Below, one piece after another: positions 1 to 11,875 of a stretch of DNA of 64,000 bases. The stretch's first letter is position 1. The number at the start of each line of letters is the position of its first letter. Origin of the DNA: Octopus bimaculoides (Eukaryota); NCBI RefSeq assembly GCF_001194135.2, contig NC_068986.1, forward strand, positions 68,172,698 through 68,236,697. Direction: 5' to 3'. A model generated the notes under the pieces. It did not search any database and had not been told where the DNA came from. It saw only the letters and a list, made by a program, of their open reading frames with translations. Position numbers and translations under genes: made by a program.

Positions 1-51
<51 letters not shown>

Positions 52-458
52 ATGCATGCCTTGTGATGAAGTTTTTGCATTTGACTGAATTAAAACACGA
101 CTTAAACAGTATTATATATTTAAAATATCAAAGTAATTGACTATTAGTAAACTCACACTGGTTTACATTAAATCCCTAACCTAAGTCAATTGCAATTCTA
201 ACCCAACCGCGCACCAATGGCAATCTCATATTTGATTCGTACGTCTCTGGAATGTACATTACAAATAGAATTTAGATATTTCCGTGTTATTCTTACTATA
301 TCTTCCATGAAATATAAAGTATTGCTCTTTCTGTGCCTCTCACCATCACAGTTACGTCTGTCTGTCTCATTACTCTAAAGCTGACAATAGCTACTCGCCA
401 TACTGTCTTTCCGCTACCACCACAGTATGTCATACATATATAGACGCACAAACTTGTG

Positions 459-520
<62 letters not shown>

Positions 521-889
521 CGTGTGTGTGTGTGTGTTTGTGTGTGTGTTTGTGTGTGTGTTTATATTTTATATATATATACACACATAAATGTACACAC
601 ACACACACATAAATGTACACACACACACACACAAACACACATGCGCGCATACATCGATATTTACTGACACATTGCAAACATACTACACATATAGAAGGGT
701 TCTTTTTTCTGTGAGTTGAGACGCTCTATCAGTAATGTCAAAAGCCAGAAAAAATATTTCACCATTTGCGTCGACTTTTTGCTATTCATATCGGTATTCA
801 GGCTTTAGATATTCTCACTGTCTTCAGCGCCATCTGTAATTACAGACATATCATTCCTTCACAGACCTCCACACACATCCAAACACACA

Positions 890-929
<40 letters not shown>

Positions 930-1331
930 CACACACACACACACACTCATCTATTCATACATACATACGTATATATATGTGGGGGGGCGCTTGTATGGGT
1001 GTGTGAGCGTGTGTATGTGCGTCTGTCTGTCAGTCTGTGTATGTGTGTGTACGTACTTATTATTTATATATATATATATAAAGGTGCCGAGCTGATTNNN
1101 NNNNNNNNNNNNNNNNNNNNNNNNNNNNNNNNNNNNNNNNNNNNNNNNNNNNNNNNNNNNNNNNNNNNNNNNNNNNNNNNNNNNNNNNNNNNNNNNNNNN
1201 NNNNNNNNNNNNNNNNNNNNNNNNNNNNNNNNNNNNNNNNNNNNNNNNNNNNNNNNNNNNNNNNNNNNNNNNNNNNNNNNNNNNNNNNNNNNNNNNNNNN
1301 NNNNNNNNNNNNNNNNNNNNCCAAACACACA

Positions 1332-1371
<40 letters not shown>

Positions 1372-1522
1372 CACACACACACACACACTCATCTATTCAT
1401 ACATACATACGTATATATATGTGGGGGGGCGCTTGTATGGGTGTGTGAGCGTGTGTATGTGCGTCTGTCTGTCAGTCTGTGTATGTGTGTGTACGTACTT
1501 ATTATTTATATATATATATATA

Positions 1523-1675
1523 AAGGTGCCGAGCTGATTGGAATAGTTAGCATGCCGGACAAAATGCTTAGCGACATTTCGTCCGTCTTTACGTTCTGAG
1601 TTCAAATTCCACCGAGGTCGAATTTGTGTTTCATCCTTTCGCGGTCGATCAAATAGGTACCACTTGATCATTGGT
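1523..1675 (+). mobile_element. tRNA-derived SINE family A, 3'-truncated
   Basis: Head GGYGYCGAGCTG..GTTAGC, B-box GAGTTCAAATTCC and body GAGGTCGA..TTTCATCCTTTCG.GGTCGAT shared with more than 15 copies in the window. Confidence 0.85.
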
Positions 1676-1803
1676 GTCAAAGTGACGTTGGGGCACAAAT
1701 ATACGAAACTCAATATACCCATTATGACTACCCGTCTGCTAAGGGTACGCCAGTCATGTGCATTACAACCATATGGTGCGCGATGTGGTGACCTTGTATC
1801 AAG
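1676..1803 (-). repeat. Fragment of dispersed retroelement 3' segment (second copy at 49030-49370)
   Basis: CAAAGTGAC..CAAATATACGAA..TATACCCAT.ATGACTACCCGTCT..AAGGGTAC matches 49057-49180. Confidence 0.75.
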
Positions 1804-2129
1804 ACCCGTTTTTTTCCTTTGTCATTTCATTTTCCTGTACTCGTCTAACACTTCGTTGTGAAACATACGCATATTGAATACTACACCAGGTTATTAGTCC
1901 TGCAATGCCTAAGTGGAATATTAAAAAACACACACACACACACACACACANNNNNNNNNNNNNNNNNNNNNNNNNNNNNNNNNNNNNNNNNNNNNNNNNN
2001 NNNNNNNNNNNNNNNNNNNNNNNNNNNNNNNNNNNNNNNNNNNNNNNNNNNNNNNNNNNNNNNNNNNNNNNNNNNNNNNNNNNNNNNNNNNNNNNNNNNN
2101 NNNNNNNNNNGTATATATGTATATATATG

Positions 2130-2164
<35 letters not shown>

Positions 2165-2175
2165 ATGTTTGTATG

Positions 2176-2378
2176 TGTGTGTTTGTCCCCCCCAACATCG
2201 CTTGACAACCGATGCTGGTATGTTTATGTCCCCGTAACTTAGCGGTTCGGCAAAAGAGATCGATAGAATAAGTACTAGGCTTCTAAAGAATAAGTCCTGG
2301 GGTCGATTTGCTCGACTAAAAGGCGGTGCTCCAGCATGGCCACAGTCAAAAGACTGAAACAAGTAAAAGAGTAAAAGA

Positions 2379-2380
<2 letters not shown>
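2176..2380 (+). mobile_element. SINE family B, 3' body and tail (head in gap)
   Basis: TTGACAACCGATGCTGGT..CCCGTAACTTAGCGGTTCGGCAAAAGAG..GGCGGTGCTCCAGCATGGCC..GACTGAAACAAGTAAAAGAGTAAAAGAG; near-identical to 55350-55552. Confidence 0.9.
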
Positions 2381-2409
<29 letters not shown>

Positions 2410-3332
2410 TAGATAGATATATACACACATACACATACATACATAGGTACATACATACATAGATACATACATATATATAGACATGTATATATGTGTGTGT
2501 GTCTATGCGTATACATACATGTACATGCACACTCACACGCACACATATATGCGCGAGTATATGTATATGCATATATGTATTTATGTATATAAGTATGAAT
2601 ATTTGTACCTGTGTAAGTATGTATGCGTGCGTGTACAAGATGAACCCGTGTCCTTGATGACTTCTTGCTATTCAATAACACTGAAAATATTATATGGGGA
2701 GCAGAGCAGCTACATAACTAAATATATGAGAATTCACGTAGTGATGTACGTTATCGTGTCACTTAATACTTTTCAACTACCCCACTTGGTAGTGTTGAGA
2801 AGAAAGTGTGAAAAGCAAGATGTTTCCTGTGAACCCCAGGAATCCAAAGTTGTGTTTTGTTTTTGTTTTTTGCTTCTCCTTTTCCCATAAATAGTTTATC
2901 ATCATCATCTGTGACAATTGACGCTGGAACAAACCGGAATATCCTGCGACTAGTGAAAGGTTGAACTGTTATCCAAGTCTCTGGGTATTAGGGAGTGGGT
3001 TTGGACAAGAAACGGGGAACTAGAAAAGCAGTATGATTAGTTTAGTAGAGACGTATAATGTCTATGATGTAGGGCTTTCTTTTCGATCCTTCTACTAATT
3101 CACAGCTTTCATACACACACGCACGCATGCACACGCACACGCACATCAACGCGCACGCGCGCACATACACACACACGCACGCACACACACACACACACAC
3201 ACACACTTATACACACACACATATATATATATAGGTGTGTATTTATATATGTATAAATATATATATATATTAACTTTTACAAGGAAAAGTTTAACAGTAA
3301 TTTGGAAATTTCGGGTGCATCGCCTTTGTAAA

Positions 3333-3400
<68 letters not shown>

Positions 3401-3447
3401 TTACACACACATATATACATATATGTACATGTATATGTATATATAAG

Positions 3448-3478
<31 letters not shown>

Positions 3479-3631
3479 GTNNNNNNNNNNNNNNNNNNNN
3501 NNNNNNNNNNNNNNNNNNNNNNNNNNNNNNNNNNNNNNNNNNNNNNNNNNNNNNNNNNNNNNNNNNNNNNNNNNNNNNNNNNNNNNNNNNTGTGTGTGTG
3601 TGTGTCTGCGTATGTATGTATGTACATGAGA

Positions 3632-4008
3632 AAGTTATTTTATTCCACACGAATAGAAATATAGAAAAAGATGCTGAAAAACCAAGTGGCAGTAGGTGAT
3701 TGTGTGTGGATAGTTTGTTAAAGTTTATTTAGTTGTAGTTTGTATTTTTGTATGAATATATTTCCTTTGTTTATTCATGTTTGATCTGTGGTATTGAATA
3801 AACAAAGGTAATGTGGGAAAACTTGGAATTTAAGGAAGTTACCTTTTGCACACTTGTCCATGTGCCCACTCAGCTCAATGGGATCTATCTAGTATTTGGG
3901 GGCCTCGTAATAACCGACGATGAATAATCTTTCTATTTCTGAGAATAAGTTTTGTTTGACCTGTGTAATTCTCTTTACATCCTTTACATTTAATAGCATA
4001 TATGAAAC
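3632..4008 (-). mobile_element. Penelope-like element remnant: decayed GIY-YIG C-terminus joined to the extreme 3' end
   Basis: Minus frame reads IYAIKCKGCKENYTGQTKLILRNR..FIQKYKLQLNKL* (stop 3720-3718). Homologous to 11108-11400; terminus GTGTGGAATAAAATAACTT is shared with 10415. Confidence 0.85.
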
Positions 4009-4289
4009 TATTTGACGAGTGAAATGCTAATACTACCGAGTAATATTATGACTATTACCATCACTCTCATTACGGCCCCAAAAAATAGCAATAATTATTC
4101 ACTAGTACTGGCTTTTTAACACAAAAATAGACAATGATAATGAAGACCACCGCTAAAACAACTAGTATCGCCTGTAGTGATGTATCAAACCATCAGATAT
4201 AATTTTTTCATGAGGCTTTGAAATAAAATAACTTTCATGCGCCAACATGACCGTATCACCTGGTTCTTTTTTGCTCTTTTTTTTTCTAG

Positions 4290-4340
4290 AAATGCAGAGA
4301 AACGCATTATCCAGTGCAGGTTGACAAGCATAAAGACCAG
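4290..4340 (+). CDS. Candidate 51-nt internal exon of an unidentified host gene
   Basis: Long polypyrimidine tract plus CTAG acceptor (4264-4289), CAG|GTGCGT donor at 4341, two open frames (KCRETHYPVQVDKHKDQ or NAEKRIIQCRLTSIKT). No protein recognised. Confidence 0.25.
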
Positions 4341-4847
4341 GTGCGTTGAAGGGCCTACACATGCACAACTCGAGGAGACACCAACACCATCATTCCCAAA
4401 TCCACGACTACAACATAAACAGCGTTGAATGTCGCACCCATTTCAGCAACAACTTCAGGAAATGAAACTACAAGCAGACGCGCAAATACCAAACTTTCCC
4501 TCTCAAAAATAAAATAAAATCATTAGAAGCTGCAGATGTATATAACACAATATAACATACATACAGATCGAGGTGAGAGGATCACTTTTAAACCTGCCAT
4601 AGATAAACTTTTAGTCAAAATAAACAATTACTTGAAAATGAAGGGTAATTTTCCAAATAAGGTTTATACATGCAACAATCTATTTGCAAAACCTTATAAA
4701 AGGCAGTCTAGAAAATTCCACAGCTGATTTGAAATATATGCAGCTTGACCTCTAAGCATTTAATAATAATAGACTTTAAAGGTAAGAGGGTATTGCATAT
4801 TAAGAGTGTCTGAGGTACAGCGTACATCTATGTTTTTATTATAAGTA

Positions 4848-6019
4848 CAGTGGTGGGTAAAAGTAGGTTTACAGTTGCTTAATATGAGTGGAATGTTCTT
4901 TTTGGATAATAATTTTATGATTCTATTTTCTCTAACGTGTTATTTCAGTCTCTCAAGTGCTCAAACTGATTGCTTTCCATATCTATGCACTTTTGAAGTT
5001 GACTTTCAGCTCTTAAGCAGACCTTTGTACACTGTTCTTTGCTTTCATTAATTTCTAGGCAGGCTTCTTTCATGAATTCAATTATAGCATGAAGTGTATG
5101 TGGCTTTTTAGAAAACACTTTGTCTTTGACAATATCCCGAAGTCCATGGGCGTAAAGTCTGTTGATTTTGGTGTCCAATCAACAGGGTCTCGTCGACCAA
5201 TCCATTTGTTAGTCAACTCTTTGTTCAGGTACTCACGAATCATTAAATCATAAATGTGGAGGGGCTCCATCTTGTTGGAAGCAAGTCATCATTGTCTTAT
5301 TGCTTCAATTCAGGAATGACTGTTTCCTTCAGCATGTTAAGATAAAGGCATCGGTTAACGGTTTTGTTAAAGAACACAGGACTTATGACCCCCTTGCATG
5401 AAACACCCTCCCAAATCGTAACACTTAGTGGATTCAGTTGCTGCTCGATTGTGAGGATACTCTGTTACATATTACACAGTTGTGCTTATTAACAGCTCCC
5501 GACAGCTTAAAATTGGCTTCTTCGGACCACGCAATTTTTGAAGAATCCCAACACTTACTCGTTCTTCGTTCAAGACTATCTTGCATAATTGTAGGCGGCA
5601 ATCATGATCATCTAATAAGTCGTACAGAAATCTGGGCCAACACTTTTTTAATCCTAATCAATTCATAAGTCGACTAAGAGATCCGTAGAAGATGCCTATT
5701 TCATTGAAAGCCCTCTTTTTTTTATTTCTTGTGATTATGAGTGAATGCTTGAGTCACAAGTATTTCATTTTCTTCAGTGGTAACACTGACCGGTCGACCG
5801 CTTTCCTGTGCGTTGCAGATGGACCCAGTCTGCTCAAATTTGTCGAGTATTCAGTAAGCTGTTAACCTTGACGGGGCTGTTCTTTGAAATTCTTTCTGTC
5901 TAACCCCTTCTGCGTTCTCTATTATCCAGTACTGTTTGTTGATCCACTTAAAGGAAATAGAGAAATGAAAAGATTCCATTCATATTAAGCAAATGCACGC
6001 TTACTTTTGTCTGCCCTTG
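4848..6019 (-). mobile_element. Full-length decayed Tc1/mariner transposon, DD41D (rosa-type)
   Basis: Imperfect TIRs (CAGTGGTGGGTAAAAGTAGG / CTTACTTTTGTCTGCCCTTG), TA on both sides. Transposase remnants SEEANFKLSGAVNKHNC, QDGAPPH, KWIGRRDPVDWTPKSTDFTPMD. Correcting one frameshift gives 41 residues between the 2nd and 3rd D. Confidence 0.88.
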
Positions 6020-6114
6020 TATATTATGTTTGCAACTAATAACAATTTATAATGTTTATATTTAATCTGTATAAAGAACTGATCTATGCTGTTGAGCCTG
6101 AGCACAATAGCATA

Positions 6115-6200
6115 GTTTGTAGTTCAAGTGTCCAGCTGTAATTTGTAGTTTAAGTATCCACTTGTAGTTTGAAGTCCAAGTATCCATTTGAATTTGAAAA
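6115..6200 (+). repeat. Short degenerate tandem repeat, unit about TGTAGTTYAAGTATCCA
   Basis: 3-4 imperfect copies visible. Confidence 0.55.
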
Positions 6201-6373
6201 ATTATACAAAAATAGCACACCATTGCATGAGTCTGACAATAAATCTGTACAGAGGAAATACAGACAAATATCTACATATACAACATGCAGCTGACCAAGT
6301 AGGAAGCAATACTTCGCCAACAAGGTGAGGTTTGCATGCTTGTTATAATAGTTTTATTATTTAACTGGTTTCT

Positions 6374-6568
6374 AAGGCAGTGAGCTGGTTGAACCGTTAT
6401 CACACCTGGACAATAGCTTTGCAGCATTTCTTCTGGCTCGCTACCGAGGTCGACTTTGCCTTTCATCCTTTCAGAGTCGATAAAAAAATATCAGTTGATT
6501 ACTGAGATCAATATAATCGGCTTCCCTCGCTCTTCAAAATTGTTGGCCTTGTGGCAAAATTTTAAAGA
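6374..6568 (+). mobile_element. SINE family A, decayed
   Basis: GAGGTCGACTTTGCCTTTCATCCTTTC..GTCGATAAAA body and GGCCTTGTG..AAAATTT tail. Confidence 0.8.
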
Positions 6569-6869
6569 ATTAATTTTCTCTCATTAGTCTGCGGCTATGC
6601 TGTAACATTCAAATTTTATTTAAACTGTAAAATAGCCATTATTAAATACAATTGACTTTATCGACACTATTTAGAGGCGGTAGTATAAAATATTTTAAAC
6701 AAATTATTTTGGAATTCGAGCGTCAATGCTTGTGTGGTGGTGGATCTTGTTTCACTCATAACTCAAATTGTATTTAAGACTAAGCGTACATTACATACTT
6801 GCATATGAAATAATATTCCATCCGTCTTCAATCATGAATTTAAAGAAAATAATATGGTTTATAGGTATA

Positions 6870-7031
6870 CAGGCATGATTGTGTGGTTAAGAAGTTGGGT
6901 TCCCATCTGCTCGGTTTCTGTTCAGTCGCATTGTATTACCTTCGGAAAGAAAGTGAATTCCACTGTAGCCGGGCTGACCAATGCCGTGTGAGTAAATTTG
7001 GAAGCTTGTCATATATATATATGTGTGTATA

Positions 7032-7082
<51 letters not shown>

Positions 7083-7568
7083 NNNNNNNNNNNNNNNNNN
7101 NNNNNNNNNNNNNNNNNNNNNNNNNNNNNNNNNNNNNNNNNNNNNNNNNNNNNNNNNNNNNNNNNNNNNNNNNNNNNNNNNNNNNNNNNNNNNNNNNNNN
7201 NNNNNNNNNNNNNNNNNNNNNNNNNNNNNNNNNNNNNNNNNNNNNNNNNNNNNNNNNNNNNNNNNNNNNNNNNNNNNNNNNNNNNNNNNNNNNNNNNNNN
7301 NNNNNNNNNNNNNNNNNNNNNNNNNNNNNNNNNNNNNNNNNNNNNNNNNNNNNNNNNNNNNNNNNNNNNNNNNNNNNNNNNNNNNNNNNNNNNNNNNNNN
7401 NNNNNNNNNNNNNNNNNNNNNNNNNNNNNNNNNNNNNNNNNNNNNNNNNNNNNNNNNNNNNNNNNNNNNNNNNNNNNNNNNNNNNNNNNNNNNNNNNNNN
7501 NNNNNNNNNNNNNNNNNNNNNNNNNNNNNNNNNNNNNNNNNNNNNNNNNNNNNNNNNNNNNNNNNNNN

Positions 7569-7643
<75 letters not shown>

Positions 7644-7860
7644 ATACATGCACAAACATGTGGTGTGTATGCGCGTGTCTTTGTGTTTGTCTCCTCACCA
7701 ATTGACAACTGTTGTTGGTTTGTTTACATCACCGTAACTTAGCGATTCAGGAAAAGAAACTGATACAATAAGTATCAAGCTTTAAAAAAAACAAAAAAAT
7801 ACCTACTGAGATAGATTTGTTCGGTTTATCCCATCATGAGGGTGCCCCGTGCTTAAACAA
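6870..7860 (+). mobile_element. SINE family B, decayed, spanning a gap
   Basis: Head GGCATGATTGTGTGGTTAAGAAG at 6870, internal microsatellite and gap, tail TTGACAACTG..CCGTAACTTAGCGATTC at 7700-7860. Confidence 0.7.
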
Positions 7861-9204
7861 ATAGACTGCGTAGACTCTGATCAAAAGCATTCAAATAATG
7901 ACCATCCAGTGATTTTAATTTCAAGTCTTGTCTATTCATATAGCATTATCCAGTATAGACATATATGTATTCTTAAAAACAGTAGATGACTTAGAGGGAA
8001 CTTGGGTGGTATTTCTAACAGACAAATCAACCAAGATTCCTCTTCGCTCTCTCGAGTTGTATATAATAATAACGTTTTTCTGTCAGACTATCACTTGCAC
8101 ATTTTTAAAGATTTATAAGAACAATATATCACCCGCATACGATAAACATTTCACACTAGATACTGTGCGATTTTTCTTCTGTTCTTTTACTCTCACTCCC
8201 TCTCTTTCTTTCTCTCTCCCTCCCCCCTCTCTCTCTCTCTCTCTGCATAGTCGTTTTGCAGCATATATCTGACGCAATGAACACGATCCTTATTATTTTG
8301 ACATTTTTCTTTTTTCTTCTAAATGTTCTTCACGTTGAATCAGATAACATCACCGTCTTGCGTTGTTGTTCTGATGATGTTGGTTGGTATTGTTGTTCTG
8401 ATGATATTTTTGTTGTTGTTGTTGCTGTTAAAGTTGATGATGATTTTGTTGATGATAATGATGTTACTGTAGTTATTGTTGTTGTTAATCAACTTCTTGT
8501 TGTTTAAGCATTAAATCAACTCATTTTCTCCAGTGCACTAGTCAAAGGGCACTAGTTGAAATCATCTCGCCTTTTCGTTCGGCAACGGACAACATTAAAG
8601 TATCTAACCCACTTTCCCATTTTTTTCTTTCCATTTTCTTTTTTTCTAATTTGAGGGAGATTTTGTTACTCTTTCTTCCAGATCAAGCGAGTGAAACTCT
8701 TGTTCGCTTATTCCTAATCTGTTTAGATTAATATTACAAAAACCGACTGATGTAATAGTTTAAACAATAACAACTTTCCGAGCGAAAAGCATCAATAAGA
8801 CTTGCGAAGAACAAAAAAAAATCAGATTTGACATAATATATATATCGCTGTATTTATTTTCTCCTGTTTTATTTATCAACATACTCTGTCTTGAATGATG
8901 ACTTCTACCATCACAACAAAAACAAGCATCAGACCAGATCCATCCGTTCCAATAACAACTACTTATAAACCGTTCTTCAAAGCCTTTTTTATTTCAGCTC
9001 CTATGTTTTATCAAGGTCGCATAATCTTCGCCGTAATATCTGTTTATTTTTGCTGCCATCTTTAAACTCCAGTTTCATAAACTGTACCCTAGAATCATAT
9101 TTTTATCCTGTGATCTTTCTTAAAAAACGAAAATCCAGAACGTATTATAGTGTGTATCAGCAACAGAGGTAGTATTAGTACCAAGAGGTAATATCTAACC
9201 CCAC

Positions 9205-9434
9205 TTATACTGCGGTTCTTTGTTCCAACTTCCTGTCCATGACAAAATCGCAGACTAAAGCATACACGTGATCCCCAAAACACAAATTTCACAACTTGCG
9301 CAGTCAACACAACGATGTCACTAGGAACACTACTTCATGGAGGTCATTGCTAGCTCTCACTGCAAACGCAATCATGTGCTACCATCTGTTGGCGCACTAC
9401 AGAACTAGTCCAGGAACTTTTTGATACCACCTCG
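9205..9434 (-). mobile_element. Mariner 5' end fragment
   Basis: Terminus TA|CGAGGTGGTATCAAAAAAGTTCCTGGACT, motif CGCCAACAGATGG, then ATG at 9240 reading MDRKLEQRTAV*, a typical mariner transposase N-terminus. Confidence 0.7.
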
Positions 9435-9442
9435 TATGTACG

Positions 9443-9488
<46 letters not shown>

Positions 9489-10374
9489 NNNNNNNNNNNN
9501 NNNNNNNNNNNNNNNNNNNNNNNNNNNNNNNNNNNNNNNNNNNNNNNNNNNNNNNNNNNNNNNNNNNNNNNNNNNNNNNNNNNNNNNNNNNNNNNNNNNN
9601 NNNNNNNNNNNNNNNNNNNNNNNNNNNNNNNNNNNNNNNNNNNNNNNNNNNNNNNNNNNNNNNNNNNNNNNNNNNNNNNNNNNNNNNNNNNNNNNNNNNN
9701 NNNNNNNNNNNNNNNNNNNNNNNNNNNNNNNNNNNNNNNNNNNNNNNNNNNNNNNNNNNNNNNNNNNNNNNNNNNNNNNNNNNNNNNNNNNNNNNNNNNN
9801 NNNNNNNNNNNNNNNNNNNNNNNNNNNNNNNNNNNNNNNNNNNNNNNNNNNNNNNNNNNNNNNNNNNNNNNNNNNNNNNNNNNNNNNNNNNNNNNNNNNN
9901 NNNNNNNNNNNNNNNNNNNNNNNNNNNNNNNNNNNNNNNNNNNNNNNNNNNNNNNNNNNNNNNNNNNNNNNNNNNNNNNNNNNNNNNNNNNNNNNNNNNN
10001 NNNNNNNNNNNNNNNNNNNNNNNNNNNNNNNNNNNNNNNNNNNNNNNNNNNNNNNNNNNNNNNNNNNNNNNNNNNNNNNNNNNNNNNNNNNNNNNNNNNN
10101 NNNNNNNNNNNNNNNNNNNNNNNNNNNNNNNNNNNNNNNNNNNNNNNNNNNNNNNNNNNNNNNNNNNNNNNNNNNNNNNNNNNNNNNNNNNNNNNNNNNN
10201 NNNNNNNNNNNNNNNNNNNNNNNNNNNNNNNNNNNNNNNNNNNNNNNNNNNNNNNNNNNNNNNNNNNNNNNNNNNNNNNNNNNNNNNNNNNNNNNNNNNN
10301 NNNNNNNNNNNNNNNNNNNNNNNNNNNNNNNNNNNNNNNNNNNNNNNNNNNNNNNNNNNNNNNNNNNNNNNNNN

Positions 10375-10412
<38 letters not shown>

Positions 10413-10496
10413 CAAAGTTATTTTATTCCACACAGGTAGAAATATAGTTGAAAAAGCACTGAGAATAGTTAAAATATTTTATTAGTATATTTAAAG

Positions 10497-10535
10497 TTTT
10501 AACCGGTTTCACAGTTTACACTGATTGTCAAAAAG
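10497..10535 (-). ncRNA. Decayed minimal hammerhead ribozyme motif in Penelope pLTR
   Basis: UUU-UUGACAA-UCAG UGUAAA CUGU-GAAA-CCGG-UU-AAAA: palindromic helix III ACCGGU; C3>U and G8>A are consistent with C-to-T decay. Confidence 0.5.
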
Positions 10536-11578
10536 TTGAGATAGAAAAGCGTGACTTATGTCGCAGCTGTCTTACTTCTGACTACTGTTTGAAGGTTGTC
10601 CTATTTTTATAAGGAGTTCATGGTTCAAATTAGTATATGTTTTGAATAGGCAGAAGATAGTCACATGACTGACCTTAGAAATTTTTGTAGGTTACCCGTT
10701 TCATCCGTGTATTAGTATCAAGTGACAATGTTTTGGCGTCGCAAGTTAAGACTGACACGGTTGATTGAACATGACCAAACAATCAATACTCTGAATGTTT
10801 TCTGTCAAGTGTTTGTAGAGAATGAGCACATGATTAAGTTTATAACCTTCTGTACGTTTCCCGCTACGTCTGTGTGCTAGTGTCATGTGACAGTATATTT
10901 TGCGCCCAAAAAGATGGCCGACGCGGTTGAGTGAATATGTTTCGTTACAATCAAGGCGCTCCAAATTTAATGTCTGGTGGGAGCGTGAACAGGAGTCGTT
11001 TGTATGTAGTCGAGTGGCTAAAGTTTAGGTTGTTAGCTGTGTAGGCTCTTCATGTTAAATGGCAGAATGAGTTTTGTGTGTGAAGAGTTATTTCTGTATA
11101 TACTCTGTTAAAGTTTGTTAAGCCTTGGTTTGTACTTTTGTACGAAAGTATTTTCTTTGCTTATCCGTGCTTCATCTGTGGTATTCGCTGAACATAGGTA
11201 GAGTGGAAAGAACTGGAATTTAGGAGACTTATTTTTTGCACATATGTCTATGTGTCCACTCAGAGGAATCAGTCTAGTACTGGAGTCTCGTATTTGTTGT
11301 CGGTGAACGGTCAGTCTATTTCTTAGAGTAAGTTTTGTTTGACCTACGTAATCTTCATTACATTCTTGGCATTTGATAGCGTATATTAAATTCTTTGAAC
11401 ATGTAAAGTGATTTTTTTACGGTAAAAATCTGTCCTGATTTTAATTTGTATGTTGTGTCTTCAATAAGGTTGATGCAAGTCCTCCCGCAATTGCGGTGGC
11501 CACACTTTTTGACTGTTAGTGTAGGAATTGTGGAAGGTAATTTAGCACATGTGAGGAATTTTGAGGGAACTTTAAAAG

Positions 11579-11875
11579 TACAGTTCTATATTTAAGAGAT
11601 GTGGAATTATGTACATTATTTACATTATTTACATTTGATGGATATTTGTCCTCATCTTGTTTGTTGATACACAACGTTTCGGCTGATAAACCCTCCAGCC
11701 TTCATCAGGTGTCTTGGGGAAATTTCGGATCTGGGTTCTCATTCCTAAGGTATTTTTCGATGTTGTTGTTGTTGCTATTATTATTATTATTATTATTCAG
11801 GTCACTGCCTGGAATTGAACTCGGAATCGTGGGGTTAGTAGCCCGCGCTCTTAACCACTACGCCATATGCCCGTT
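11579..11875 (-). mobile_element. tRNA-headed SINE-like element (family F) carrying a hammerhead ribozyme, inserted into the Penelope ORF
   Basis: Head GGGCATATGGCGTAGTGGTTAAGAGCGCGGGCTACTAACCCCACGATTCCGAGTTCAATTCCAGGC (A-box, B-box), then (AAT)n/(AAC)n, HHR, (AATGTAAAT)n. Penelope coding homology resumes on both sides. Confidence 0.85.
11669..11713 (-). ncRNA. Minimal type I hammerhead ribozyme with complete core
   Basis: GACAC CUGAUGA A GGCUG-gaggguuuau-CAGCC GAAA CG UU^ GUGU: helix I ACAC/GUGU, helix II 5 bp, palindromic helix III ACGU. Predicted cleavage between 11673 and 11672. Confidence 0.8.

Noticed and set aside
790-830. CUGAAGA on the minus strand followed by CAG..CUG
   Set aside because: No GAAA or helix III at the required position; not supportable as a hammerhead.
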